Counted from the first letter of the stretch, positions 26,578-36,562 are shown. The stretch is 64,000 bases of DNA from an uncultured Thermoleophilaceae bacterium (GCA_964455545.1 CAYVWQ010000005.1:24005-88004); one strand, 5' to 3'. The notes: generated by a model from the letters alone, not told the origin. Translations and numbers: made by a program.

Positions 26578-27665
26578 TGGACCTCGCAAAGACTCTCGAG
26601 CAGGTCGAAATCGCCGTCTGCGCCGGATCCGGCGGCGTCGGCAAAACGACCACGAGCGCCTCGATCGCGATCGGCATGGCGGCGCGCGGTCGCAAGGTCG
26701 CGGTGCTGACGATCGACCCTGCGAAACGCCTGGCGGACTCGCTCGGCCTCGCCGAACTCGGCACCGAGCTGAGGCAGGTCGACCCGAGGCTGTTTGACGG
26801 CTACGACCTCGAGCTGACCGGGGAGCTGCACGCCGCGATGCTCGACCCGAAACGCACCTTCGACGAACTGATCCTGCGCTACGCCCCCGACAACGAGACC
26901 TACGAGAACATCCTGAACAACCGGATCTACCAGGAGCTCTCCAACGCGATCGCCGGCTCACAGGAGTACATGGCGATGGAGAAGCTGCTTGAGCTGCACG
27001 AAAGTGGCAACTTCGACCTGCTGGTGCTCGACACACCGCCCTCGCGCAACGCACTCGACTTTCTCGACGCGCCGAAGCGACTCGCCCGCTTCATCGAGGG
27101 TCGCGCGCTCAGGGTCTTCCTCGCGCCGGGCCGCTTCGGGCTGAAGATCGCCGGCCGAGGCGGCAGCGTGCTGTTCTCGGCGCTGAAGAAGATCACCGGC
27201 GTCGACCTGCTCAACGATCTCTCGGAGTTCTTCGCCAACTTCGCAGACATGGCCAGCGGTTTCAGCGAGCGAGCTCAGCGCGTCGATGCTCTGCTGCGCG
27301 GCGACGACACGACCTTTCTGCTGATCTGCTCACCCGAGAACGAGCCGGTCGACGAGGCGATCTTCTTCCGGCGCATGCTCAAGGAGCAGAAGCTCCCGTT
27401 CGGCGGCGCGATCGTCAACAAGGTTCGTCCGAGTTACTACCGGGCCAAGAAGCAACTCCCGGACGACATCGACGAGGCGCTCGCAGCTCGGATCATGGAC
27501 AACTACGAGCGCCAGCGCCTACTCGGTGCCCGCGACGCCGACAACATCGCCCGGCTCGAGAAGTCACTCTCAGAGGCGAAGATGATCGAGGTGCCGCTGT
27601 TCTCCGACGACATCCACGGCATCGAAGGCCTCGTGCACATGGTCGACGTGTTGTTCGGCGACTGA
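26577..27665 (+). CDS. ArsA/Get3-family ATPase (second of pair)
   Basis: 362 aa. P-loop CAGSGGVGKTTTSASI, TIDPAKRLADSLG and DTPPSRNALDFL. The start overlaps the upstream stop (TGATG). Confidence 0.85.
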   Translation: MDLAKTLEQVEIAVCAGSGGVGKTTTSASIAIGMAARGRKVAVLTIDPAKRLADSLGLAELGTELRQVDPRLFDGYDLELTGELHAAMLDPKRTFDELILRYAPDNETYENILNNRIYQELSNAIAGSQEYMAMEKLLELHESGNFDLLVLDTPPSRNALDFLDAPKRLARFIEGRALRVFLAPGRFGLKIAGRGGSVLFSALKKITGVDLLNDLSEFFANFADMASGFSERAQRVDALLRGDDTTFLLICSPENEPVDEAIFFRRMLKEQKLPFGGAIVNKVRPSYYRAKKQLPDDIDEALAARIMDNYERQRLLGARDADNIARLEKSLSEAKMIEVPLFSDDIHGIEGLVHMVDVLFGD

Positions 27666-27666
27666 C

Positions 27667-30249
27667 TCAGACGCCGCCGCAGAAGTCATCGGGGTCGTCC
27701 GGGTCGGAGTCGACCACGGGACGAAACTCGATCGTCGCCGGTCCGATCTTCATCGTCCGGTCGTGCGCCTCCGGTTCGACTTCAGGCGTGGCTTCAGGAA
27801 ATTTCGCGACGACCACATCGGGGACCGATCGCAGTGGCGGCAGCAGGCGCGGGGCCGGCAACGGCTCAGGTTCGGTCTCGGTCTCGGTCTCGACCACGTC
27901 AGTCACGTCCGGCTCGGCCTCGGCGTCGATCACCTGATCGTCGCCCTTGCGCAGGAACTGCTCACTCCAGGCCAGCTGAGCGGCCTCTTCAGCCGAAGTC
28001 TCGGCGCCGAGCACGTCGTACTCGACGGTGAGCTGCGGGTCGACCGGCGCGGCGGGGTGAATCGGCTTCGAGACCTCAGGCTCAGAGGGCACGCCGCCGA
28101 AGACGTCCGGGTGGACGATGCGCTGCGCCGGCTGTTCCGGCTCGAGCGCGACAAGGTGCGGCTTGCCGTCGCGGCCGACGGGCGTGCTCACCGGCTCGTC
28201 GGCGTCGCGCGCCGGAGCCTGGAAGTTCTCGTCCATGATCTCGCGGAAACTCGCGCGCTGGTCCGAATCTTCGACATCGGCGTCGCTGCGCTGCGCGGCC
28301 GGCCCACGACCGAGCGGAACACCGAACTCCGGCACCGGGAAGGCCGGCGAGGATTCGTCGAGCGGAGCCGCTTCGGCCGCCCGCGCCGGACGCTCGGCGA
28401 CGGGCGCCGGCGCCTCGACAGGCTGGAAGTCGAAAGTGAAGCCGGTCGGCACCGCGGGCTGCGGATCTTTCGAGGCTCGGCGATCGGTGACGGGACGGCG
28501 CTCGGGGGTCGGATCCCATGACGGCACGACGGTCACGTCCTCCTCGGCCACAAACGGCTCGTCGGCGACGTCCTCGATCGAGAACTCCATCGACTCGCCC
28601 TCCATCGTGCCGGCCAGGGCCTGGTCGTAATCGTCCACGAGGTCGCCCGCGATTCGGTGCATCTCCGGCGTCGGCTCGGGAGCGGACTCCTCAACCGACT
28701 GCTGATCGGTCACGTACTCGCCGGTTGCGTCGACGACCTCGTCGGTCACGTCGGGCGCCGGCTGAATCTCTTCGGCCGGCTGCAGCGTCCAGACATTGTC
28801 GCCGGCGTCGCCCCGCGGAGCCTCTGCGGGCTCGACCCGCGCGTCGATCGCGCTGATCTCGGCGGTGTCGTCGAAGACGACGTCAAACTCGACGGTGGCG
28901 AGCGAGTCGACCCGGGTCTCGCCCGGAGCCGGAACCGGCTCCAGGTAGACGGGCTCCTCGACCTCGATCTCACTACCCGGCTGCTCGCCGTCGGCGGTGA
29001 GGATCTCGTCGGCGAGCGCCTTCAGGTCTGTCGAGAGGTAGCCGCAGACCAGGTCGTGCAGCAGAGCGCGAAGGTGACGCTCGACGCCGGCGATCACCTC
29101 GAGCGGAGTCATCTTTCCGAGTCGCTTGCGGTCGGCGCGTCCGACATGGCCGTCGACGGCAAGGCGTTCGAGTGCCAACGCCGCTTCAACTTCGTCACGC
29201 ACGATCAACCGCTCGTTCTCCTGTGCGCAGAGCGCCGAGACACGCGCGGGCAGCGCGGCCGTGCCGTGGTCGCCGCTCGCTTCGAGCAGCGCCTTGAGCG
29301 AAAGCATGAAGTCGGTGAGACCCTCGGCGGGAACGCCCCGCTCCAGGCCCATCTCAAAGCGCTTGAGCGCCCAAGAGATTCGCGTGCGGCGCTCGACGCG
29401 GCGAACCGCGTTGACGAACTGGCGCAGTTCCTCGTCGTCCTCGGCGCGCAGCTCCCATGCGTTCTCGCGGGAGCGACCGGTGAACGGCACTGAAACCTGG
29501 TGCCACGAGCCGGCGACCTCGGCCTGAGCGGTCATCCCGAGCGCGACGCTGCCGGGCCGGAACAGACGCAGTGCAGTCAACATCACGCGCGCCGACTGGC
29601 GCACAGCCGGCATCGGCGTCGGGGCGTCGCTCGGTGCGGTGACCGAGATCGAGCAGAAGCAGTCGGCACCCTCGGCGCCGTCGGAGAAGCGGTCGGCGCA
29701 GGTCGGGTCGAGTTCCTCCGCGGCGACGAGCTCAACGCCGCCGCCAAGGTTGATCGATCCGTCGGCGAGCGCGACGCCGTGGACCGGAATGAACACGGTG
29801 GTCACGAGGCGCTCGGCGAGCACGACCGACTCAAGCTCGGTGTACGCGCGCTCGAAGCGCTCCTCCCATTGTTCGAAGCGTTCGGCGTCCTGCCAGACGG
29901 CCGAGAGGAAAGCGAGCACGCCGAGGCGCGCGTGCGTGAGCTCACCGACGTCCAGGATCGGTTCGTCGCGGACGCGGAGGTAGGCGATCACGCCACGGGT
30001 GCGGGCGAGGTTCTGGGCGGCGTTCTCGAAGCCCGAGAGCGATCGAAGCTGATCGGCGTGCGACGAGACGAACTCGGCCGTGAGCGGCCGGTAGGCGAAC
30101 ATCGCGACGCCGCCGCGGGCGTCGGCGGGATGTGACGACTCCCCTACTTCGAAGGGGATCTCCGCACCGGAGTTGACGAGGTTTTCGAGCTGCAGCGACG
30201 CGTCTTCGGTCAGCGCGCGCAGCGAGTCGTGAAGCATTCGATCGCGCAT
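27667..30249 (-). CDS. hypothetical protein: ~430-aa N-terminal domain plus long acidic Pro/Glu/Asp-rich disordered C-terminal half
   Basis: 860-aa ORF with consistently high GC3 over its full length. No TM segment, no signal peptide and no motif I recognise. Confidence 0.7.
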   Translation of the reverse strand: MRDRMLHDSLRALTEDASLQLENLVNSGAEIPFEVGESSHPADARGGVAMFAYRPLTAEFVSSHADQLRSLSGFENAAQNLARTRGVIAYLRVRDEPILDVGELTHARLGVLAFLSAVWQDAERFEQWEERFERAYTELESVVLAERLVTTVFIPVHGVALADGSINLGGGVELVAAEELDPTCADRFSDGAEGADCFCSISVTAPSDAPTPMPAVRQSARVMLTALRLFRPGSVALGMTAQAEVAGSWHQVSVPFTGRSRENAWELRAEDDEELRQFVNAVRRVERRTRISWALKRFEMGLERGVPAEGLTDFMLSLKALLEASGDHGTAALPARVSALCAQENERLIVRDEVEAALALERLAVDGHVGRADRKRLGKMTPLEVIAGVERHLRALLHDLVCGYLSTDLKALADEILTADGEQPGSEIEVEEPVYLEPVPAPGETRVDSLATVEFDVVFDDTAEISAIDARVEPAEAPRGDAGDNVWTLQPAEEIQPAPDVTDEVVDATGEYVTDQQSVEESAPEPTPEMHRIAGDLVDDYDQALAGTMEGESMEFSIEDVADEPFVAEEDVTVVPSWDPTPERRPVTDRRASKDPQPAVPTGFTFDFQPVEAPAPVAERPARAAEAAPLDESSPAFPVPEFGVPLGRGPAAQRSDADVEDSDQRASFREIMDENFQAPARDADEPVSTPVGRDGKPHLVALEPEQPAQRIVHPDVFGGVPSEPEVSKPIHPAAPVDPQLTVEYDVLGAETSAEEAAQLAWSEQFLRKGDDQVIDAEAEPDVTDVVETETETEPEPLPAPRLLPPLRSVPDVVVAKFPEATPEVEPEAHDRTMKIGPATIEFRPVVDSDPDDPDDFCGGV

Positions 30250-30316
30250 GAGGGTGGAATTCCCCGCGCGCGAGCGGCATCCTTCCGGACGTGCGAGTTA
30301 TGGATACCTGCGTGCG

Positions 30317-30718
30317 TTACGCGGCCGCAGCGACTTTGCCAGTCGCGCTCTTGGCCGGTCGTCCGCACTTCTCGCCGAGCCATTCCTCGCCGTAGCCGCG
30401 CATCATGTTGACGATCGGCACGAGCCCCTCGCCCTTCTTGGTCAGCGCGTACTCGACGCGCGGCGGCACCTCGTTGTAGGTGCGTCGCTCGACGATGCCG
30501 TTCTCCTCAAGGTCGCGGAGGCGCAGGCTGAGCGTGCGCGGGCTGATTCCGCCGAGCGAGCGCTCGAGCTCGCAGAACCGACTGTCACAGGCTGCGAGGT
30601 CGCGGATGATGATCGCGGTCCACTTGTTGCAGAGGATCTCGGCAGTGGCACAGACGCCACACTCGGAATTGTCAACAGCTGCGGTGGCCATATACAAAGA
30701 ATAGCGCTGATACTTCAC
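30317..30718 (-). CDS. HxlR-family winged-helix transcriptional regulator
   Basis: 133 aa. KWTAIIIRDL...RFCELERSLGGISPRTLSLRLRDLEENGIVERRTYNEVPPRVEYALT. Confidence 0.85.
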   Translation of the reverse strand: MKYQRYSLYMATAAVDNSECGVCATAEILCNKWTAIIIRDLAACDSRFCELERSLGGISPRTLSLRLRDLEENGIVERRTYNEVPPRVEYALTKKGEGLVPIVNMMRGYGEEWLGEKCGRPAKSATGKVAAAA

Positions 30719-30744
30719 AAAGTGAAGCGCCGTGTCACGCGGGG

Positions 30745-32097
30745 CTACTGCTGCTGCGGCGGCTGAGCGCCACCACCCGGCACTGCCGGCTGCTGCTGGG
30801 CAGCCATGCGCTGGGCGAGCTCTTCCGGATCGAACTGCGGCACGGCGGGCTGTTCGACAGCCGGCGCGCCGACGCCGTTCATCATCTGCTGGCGCGCGGC
30901 CTCGGCGGCGCGACGCTGAGCGGCAGCCTGCGCCTCGGCCTCGGCGGCCGCGGCCTCAGCTTCCTTCTGAGCCTCGTGGTCGGCCTTGGCGGCCTCCATG
31001 ACCTTGTCCATCGAGCCGTCGGAACCGCCGGCGGCGACGGAGAGCTTGAAGTCGTTCGGGCTGGTGGCGGCCTTCATCGCCTCTTCCATCGTGATGTTGC
31101 CGGCCTGGAGGTGTGTCAGCAGGGCCTGGTCGAAGGTCTGCATGCCGTAGTAGGCACCCTCTGCGATCGCCTCTTCGATCTTTCCGGTCTGGTCCGGGTC
31201 GACGATCATGTCCTTGATGCGGTTGGTCGCGACCATCACTTCGACGATCGGTACTCGACCTTTGCCGTCGACCGTCGGGACGAGTCGCTGAGAAATGATG
31301 CCCTTGAGCGTTCCGGCGAGCATCGCACGCACCTGCTTGTTCTGGTGGAGCGGGAAGAAGTCGATGATTCGGTTGATCGTCTCGGTCGCGTTCAGGGTGT
31401 GCAGCGTCGAGAAGACGAGGTGGCCGGTCTCCGCGGATGAAAGCGCCGTCTGGACTGTCTCCTCGTCGCGCATTTCTCCGATCAGAATCACGTCCGGGTC
31501 CTGACGCAGGATTCGGCGCAGCGCTTTGCCGAACGACTCGGTGTCGGCGCCGATCTCGCGCTGCTGGATGATCGACTTGCTGTCGCGGTGGAGGAACTCG
31601 ATCGGGTCCTCGAGCGTGATGATGTGCTTCGCCTCGGCGTCGTTGATCTGCTTGATCATCGCGGCCAGCGTCGTCGACTTACCGGAACCGGTCGTGCCGG
31701 TCACGAGCACGACGCCGCGCTCTTCCTGGGCAAGCGTCTTGATCGACGGCGGGAGCATCAGTTCGTCGACGGTCTTGATGTCGATGCCGATCGCACGCAT
31801 GACGATCGAGCAGGACCCGCGCTGGGTGAAGGCGTTGACACGGAAGCGGGCGACGCCGGGGAGCGGGTACGCGAAGTCGACTTCGCCGTTCTGCTCGAAC
31901 TCGGTGAACTTCTCGGGCTTGTCGCGCGTGATGTGCCGCAGCACGTTCAGCGAGTCCTCCGGCATGACCTTGTCGGTGTCCGGGATCGGCGTCAGAACGC
32001 CGTTCAGGCGCATCATCGGCGGGGCGGGGACCTTGACGTGAAGGTCTGAGCCGCCCACGGTGAACATGTGCTTCAGTGCGGAGTCAACATCAACCAT
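30745..32097 (-). CDS. pilT: type IV pilus retraction ATPase PilT with ~90-aa Ala/Gln/Pro-rich C-terminal extension
   Basis: 450 aa. Walker A GTTGSGKSTT, Asp box/Walker B ILIGEMRD, His box TGHLVFSTLHT and a PilT-like N-terminus GGSDLHVKVPAPPMMRLNG. Confidence 0.9.
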   Translation of the reverse strand: MVDVDSALKHMFTVGGSDLHVKVPAPPMMRLNGVLTPIPDTDKVMPEDSLNVLRHITRDKPEKFTEFEQNGEVDFAYPLPGVARFRVNAFTQRGSCSIVMRAIGIDIKTVDELMLPPSIKTLAQEERGVVLVTGTTGSGKSTTLAAMIKQINDAEAKHIITLEDPIEFLHRDSKSIIQQREIGADTESFGKALRRILRQDPDVILIGEMRDEETVQTALSSAETGHLVFSTLHTLNATETINRIIDFFPLHQNKQVRAMLAGTLKGIISQRLVPTVDGKGRVPIVEVMVATNRIKDMIVDPDQTGKIEEAIAEGAYYGMQTFDQALLTHLQAGNITMEEAMKAATSPNDFKLSVAAGGSDGSMDKVMEAAKADHEAQKEAEAAAAEAEAQAAAQRRAAEAARQQMMNGVGAPAVEQPAVPQFDPEELAQRMAAQQQPAVPGGGAQPPQQQ

Positions 32098-32170
32098 GGT
32101 CTAGTGCGTATCGGCACTGGCCACGGTCTCTTTAGCCCCGGAACGCGTCCAGAAGCGCTGCTGTCAGCGG

Positions 32171-33310
32171 TTACGCGACCTCGCGCAGGCCCTGCGACCA
32201 GCTCAGCTTGCGCAGCTTGCGCAGCGAGTGCGTCTCGATGTGGCGAACGCGCTCGCGGGTGATGTTGAAGACCTTGCCGACCTCGTCGAGCGTCTTCGGT
32301 GCCTGGCCGCCGATCCCGAAGCGCAGTTCGAGCACGCGGCGCTCGCGATAGGACAGATTCGCGAGGGCGTTGTGCAGGTTCTGGGTGCGCAGGCTGTCGG
32401 CCGCCGCGTCGAACGGGTCAGGGGCGTTCTCGTCGGCGACAAACTGACCGAACTCGCTCTCTTCCTCGTCACCGACCGGCTTCTCGAGCGATACGGGAGT
32501 CTGGGCGAGGCGGCGAATCTGCTCAACCTCGGCGACGCTGATCTCGGTCGCGCGTGAGATCTCCTCGATCGTCGGCTCGCGACCGTACTCGCTGAGCAGC
32601 TGGCGCTCGGCGCGGGTGATCTTGTTCAGGCGCTCAACGACGTGCACCGGGATGCGAACGGTGCGCCCCTTGTCGGCCAGCGCACGAGCGATCGCCTGGC
32701 GGATCCACCAGGTCGCGTAGGTGCTGAATTTGAAGCCCTTGCGGTAGTCAAACTTTTCGGCGGCGCGGACCAGGCCGAGCGTGCCTTCCTGGATCAGGTC
32801 GAGGAAAGAGAGGCCCTGGTTGCGGTAGTTCTTGGCGATCGAGACGACGAGTCGGAGGTTGGCCTCGACCATCTTGTCCTTCGCGTCCATGTCGCCGCGC
32901 TCGATGCGCTTGGCGAGCTGGACCTCTTCGGCGGCCGTGAGCAGGTTGACGCGGCCGATCTCCTTGAGGAAAAGCTGGAGCGAGTCGGTCGTGCCGCCTT
33001 CGAGCGCCGGGCTCTCGGCGAGGCGGCTCTTCTTGCTGCGGCGCGCGATCGAAGCCGTCCAGTTGGCTTCGCCGGCCTTTGCGTCGCTGTGCTCCTCGTC
33101 CATCTCGTCGAGGACGTCGATGTCGGCGTTCTCGAGCCAGCCGCGGAGGACCTCGGGCTCGACGCCCTCAACTCCTGAGTCGGCGGCGAGCGCCATCGCT
33201 TCGCCGAGCGTCGTGATGTTGCGCTGGCGGCAAGTTTCGATCAGCAGGCGAGCCTCGTCCGTAAGTTCGGCTGATTCATCGTCGTGAATCTGAATACCAA
33301 TGGCCGCCAT
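32171..33310 (-). CDS. rpoD: RNA polymerase sigma-70 factor, RpoD/SigA family (group 1 or 2)
   Basis: The ATG at 33310 gives [11 protein letters not shown]. Region 2 [39 protein letters not shown]; regions 3 and 4 present. 379 aa. Confidence 0.9.
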   Translation of the reverse strand: MAAIGIQIHDDESAELTDEARLLIETCRQRNITTLGEAMALAADSGVEGVEPEVLRGWLENADIDVLDEMDEEHSDAKAGEANWTASIARRSKKSRLAESPALEGGTTDSLQLFLKEIGRVNLLTAAEEVQLAKRIERGDMDAKDKMVEANLRLVVSIAKNYRNQGLSFLDLIQEGTLGLVRAAEKFDYRKGFKFSTYATWWIRQAIARALADKGRTVRIPVHVVERLNKITRAERQLLSEYGREPTIEEISRATEISVAEVEQIRRLAQTPVSLEKPVGDEEESEFGQFVADENAPDPFDAAADSLRTQNLHNALANLSYRERRVLELRFGIGGQAPKTLDEVGKVFNITRERVRHIETHSLRKLRKLSWSQGLREVA

Positions 33311-33694
33311 GCAATCCCCACCTGTTCGGTTCGTAGCCCGCCGCGGCGCACACAACCACGGTAAAGCCAAAATTTCCCCATTTTTGCCGCCGTCGAAACG
33401 GCACTTTCACCGATTCACCCGCCTGGACTGGACGAATGTTCGACCCCGAAACCGACTCCGTTGGGGCTCTCCACCTGCCGGCTCCGTTTGATGGTGAGTT
33501 CGCCGTACAAACCTCGTTGCAGAGCGCAACCCCCTTCAAATCCATTCTAAGCAGATCAGAGCTTTTCGTGGGGTCGCATTCGAAATATTGGACTCCCGTA
33601 CATGGGGCGATGGACCCACGGACAGTGGACGGCGTCCAGTCGACCGCGAAATGCGTCCACCGATTCGTCTGATCGCGGTATTGTCCACTTCCGG

Positions 33695-35368
33695 ATGGCT
33701 GATGCAGCTACATCCGAGGGGACCGAATCGGCGGCGCCCGCCACGGTGCACGGAGGCAAACTCGTCGCCGCGCGCCTGAAGGCCGCAGGGACGTCGAAGC
33801 TCTTCACGCTGTCCGGTGGTCACATCTTCTCCGTTTACGACGGCTGCCGCGACGAGGGCATCGACATCGTCGACGTCCGTCACGAACAGACCGCCGCGTT
33901 CGCCGCGGAAGGGTGGGCGAAGGTGACGCGCGAGGTCGGCGTGTGCGCCCTGACGGCCGGACCGGGCGTGACCAACGGCATGAGCGCGATCACCGGGGCG
34001 TATGAGAACGAATCGCCGATGCTGGTGCTTGGCGGACGGGCGCCGGCGTTCCGCTGGGGACAGGGATCGCTCCAGGAGATCGACCACGTTCCATTCATGA
34101 AGCCGGTCACGCGATCTGCCGAGACGGCCGCGACGACCGATGGCATTCCCGCCGTCATCGACCGCGCGTACGCGGCCGCGGCCGGACCCCCGGGCGGACC
34201 TTCCTTCGTCGACCTGCCGATGGATGTTGTCTTCATGGAGGGCGCCCCAGCGACCGGGGCGCTCGAGCTTCCCGATCCGCTCCAGGCCGACCCGGCAGAG
34301 GGCGGTTTGATCGAGCGGGCCGCAGCGCTACTGGCCGGCGCCGAGCGCCCCGTGATCATGGCCGGCACCGGCCTGTACTGGGGTCACGGCGAGTCCGAGC
34401 TGCGCGCGCTTTGTGAGGAGCTGTCCGTGCCGGTCTTCCTGAACGGCCTCGGCCGTGGCTGCCTGCCGGCCGACCACCCGAACTTCTTCGCCCGCGCCCG
34501 CTCGGCGGCGCTGAAGGGCGCCGATGTCGCGCTCGTGATCGGCGCACAGCTCGACTTCCGCCTCGGCTTCGGCGGCTCGTTCGGCGACGAGACCGAACTG
34601 ATCCTCTTGAACTCCTCGCCCCCGAGCAAGCGGACCGAGCGCGCGGTGGCCGTCGAACTGGTCGGCGGGATCGCCCGCTCGCTCGCGGCGCTGCGCGAGG
34701 GCGGCGCCGGCAAGGCGGACGCCCGCACAGCCTGGATCGCCGAGCTGCGCGAAATCGAGAGCGAGAAACGCGCCGGTGAGGCCGAGGAGCTGGCCGATCC
34801 GCGAGCCCCCCTCCACCCCGTGCGCGTTTACAGCGAGCTCGCGCCGATGCTCGACCGCGACGCAGTGGTGGTGTGTGACGGCGGCGACTTCGTCAGCTAC
34901 GCCGGCAAGTTCATCGACACCTACGAGCCGGGCTGCTGGATGGATCCCGGTCCCTATGGGTGCCTTGGAACGGGCCCGGGCTACGCGCTGGCCGCGAAGC
35001 TCGCCAAGCCTGACTCGCAGGTCGTGATGATGATGGGCGACGGCGCCTTCGGTTTCGCCGGGATGGACTTCGACTCGCTGGTCCGCCACGGCGTGCCTGC
35101 GGTAGCCGTGATCGGCAACAACGGCATCTGGGCACTCGAGAAGCACCCGATGGAGTTCCTCTACGGCTACTCGGTCGCCGCCGAGCTGACGCCAGGCATG
35201 CGTTACGACCAGGTCGTTCAGACACTTGGCGGCCACGGCGAATTCGTCGAGCGGCCCGAAGACCTGCGCGGCGCACTCGAGCGCGCCTTTGAGAGCGGGA
35301 AGCCGGCGGTGGTCAACGTATTGACCGATCCGTCGGTGGTCTATCCGCGCTCGGCGAACCTGGCCTAG
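33695..35368 (+). CDS. thiamine-pyrophosphate-dependent enzyme, acetolactate-synthase-like
   Basis: The ATG at 33695 gives [12 protein letters not shown] motif [10 protein letters not shown]...VIGNNGIW. N-terminal pyrimidine-binding domain [11 protein letters not shown]...[14 protein letters not shown]. Confidence 0.85.
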   Translation: MADAATSEGTESAAPATVHGGKLVAARLKAAGTSKLFTLSGGHIFSVYDGCRDEGIDIVDVRHEQTAAFAAEGWAKVTREVGVCALTAGPGVTNGMSAITGAYENESPMLVLGGRAPAFRWGQGSLQEIDHVPFMKPVTRSAETAATTDGIPAVIDRAYAAAAGPPGGPSFVDLPMDVVFMEGAPATGALELPDPLQADPAEGGLIERAAALLAGAERPVIMAGTGLYWGHGESELRALCEELSVPVFLNGLGRGCLPADHPNFFARARSAALKGADVALVIGAQLDFRLGFGGSFGDETELILLNSSPPSKRTERAVAVELVGGIARSLAALREGGAGKADARTAWIAELREIESEKRAGEAEELADPRAPLHPVRVYSELAPMLDRDAVVVCDGGDFVSYAGKFIDTYEPGCWMDPGPYGCLGTGPGYALAAKLAKPDSQVVMMMGDGAFGFAGMDFDSLVRHGVPAVAVIGNNGIWALEKHPMEFLYGYSVAAELTPGMRYDQVVQTLGGHGEFVERPEDLRGALERAFESGKPAVVNVLTDPSVVYPRSANLA

Positions 35369-35976
35369 CTGCGGCCCTCTTCCAGGTCTCGCATCCGGCA
35401 GTAGTTTTCGAATCGTTCGGCGTAGGCGTCGCGGCCGCCGAAGACCTCAAGGCCCTTCTCCACCTGGACAAACGAGTTGGACCGGCCGTTGACGTACTGC
35501 GAGTGCGAGGTGTCACGAAGGATCAGGTCCGGTTGTTTCGGATTCCGATGTACGTACATGATCGCGCGCTTGACGTCGGATCCGGTTGGGAGATAGTCGG
35601 CTTCGAAAGGCTTCAGAAAAACCTGCCCGCGATGGCCGGTGAGGTGGTTGTAGCGAAGTGCAAACGCCCGAAGTGCATTTGCCATAAAGCGCCTCAGTTC
35701 GCTGGCATCCTCGCCTTGGCGGGCGACCAGATGAGGGTGATTCGACATCGTGGCGACGGCCGCGACATCGATCCCCTTGAAAACCTCCGGACCGAATTTC
35801 GTCTCAGGCGCGCCGGGCAACCGTCGCTCGAGCGTCTGCAGCCACGCGGACTTCAGCTCAAGCGTCCGGAACGGACTCAGCCCAGGTAGCGCGTGCGTAT
35901 AGACGTGGTACCAGGCGTTGGGTCGGGGAAGCTGAAGCTCAACACGGCTCATCCCCTTCAGAAAACGTTTGCTCAT
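35365..35976 (-). CDS. IS200-like Y1 (HUH) transposase, REP-associated tyrosine transposase (RAYT)-type
   Basis: 203 aa. HUH motif MSNHPHLV, catalytic Tyr motif MYVHRNP, and intervening [19 protein letters not shown] typical of COG1943. A REP-like array lies 67 bp upstream. Confidence 0.8.
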   Translation of the reverse strand: MSKRFLKGMSRVELQLPRPNAWYHVYTHALPGLSPFRTLELKSAWLQTLERRLPGAPETKFGPEVFKGIDVAAVATMSNHPHLVARQGEDASELRRFMANALRAFALRYNHLTGHRGQVFLKPFEADYLPTGSDVKRAIMYVHRNPKQPDLILRDTSHSQYVNGRSNSFVQVEKGLEVFGGRDAYAERFENYCRMRDLEEGRS

Positions 35977-36042
35977 ACATCGTTAAGGAGTCAGGACCGC
36001 GATGTTTACCCCCCTCCCGCAAAATGTTTCCCCACCCCAAAC

Positions 36043-36134
36043 TGGCTTCCGCCGGTTTTTTGGCGGAAGCCATTCGGTTCCGCTCGTTTTTGCGCGGAAG
36101 CCGGTGGCTTCCGCCGGTTTTTTGGCGGAAGCCA
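36043..36134. repeat. array of three tandem ~31-bp palindromic (REP-like) units next to the RAYT gene
   Basis: TGGCTTCCGCC ggtttttt GGCGGAAGCCA occurs at 36043-36072 and again at 36105-36134. A degenerate middle unit GGTTCCGC tcgtttttgc GCGGAAGCC separates them. Same arm sequence as 25478-25575. Confidence 0.75.
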
Positions 36135-36151
36135 GTCAAGCGACGGGTTGG

Positions 36152-36532
36152 CTAGAACGCGTCGTCGTGGGTCAGCAGGGCGAAGATCACTGCGAAGTCG
36201 AGGATCATCACCGTCACCGACCAGATCGGGTAGGCGCCGATCGAGAGGAAGTGGGCGATGCCGCTGAGTGAGGCCATCGTCACTGCGAGCACGAGGCCGC
36301 GCGGCTTGCGGGCGTGCAGCTCGAGCGCGGCGTAGATCTGGAGCAAGCCGATGATCAGGTAGGCGATACCCCAACCGGTCAGCGACTCGAAAAGGATCTG
36401 GTCCGTGTTGAAGCGGTCGTCACCGGTCAGGGCGGCGATGCCGTCGATCATCGAGAGGATTCCGGCGATCGCGAGGATCACCGTTGCGAAGGCGATCGGG
36501 CCGGCGGCGTACTTGCGGCTGTTGTCAGTCAT
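36152..36532 (-). CDS. small integral membrane protein (4 predicted TM segments)
   Basis: 126 aa from the ATG at 36532 (MTDNSRKYAAGPIAFATVILAIAGIL...). The rest of the 429-aa ORF is antisense to the ppx-like gene and is rejected. Confidence 0.6.
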   Translation of the reverse strand: MTDNSRKYAAGPIAFATVILAIAGILSMIDGIAALTGDDRFNTDQILFESLTGWGIAYLIIGLLQIYAALELHARKPRGLVLAVTMASLSGIAHFLSIGAYPIWSVTVMILDFAVIFALLTHDDAF

Positions 36533-36562
36533 GGTCGCGGATTCTAGGATCGCCGTCGGAGC

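Noticed and set aside
24814-27054. 746-aa ORF on the minus strand spanning the parA-like upstream region and both ArsA-like genes
   Set aside because: It is Arg/Pro/Ser-rich with no motifs, and antisense to two ORFs that have clear P-loop ATPase motifs. This is a typical shadow ORF of a high-GC genome.
33311-33694. 384-bp relatively AT-rich intergenic region between the rpoD-like and TPP-enzyme genes, considered for an ncRNA or riboswitch (also small ORFs 33300-33491 and 33436-33672)
   Set aside because: I could not find a convincing conserved structure or a known riboswitch core. The small ORFs have atypical codon usage. A long 5' UTR or promoter region of a principal sigma gene is common.
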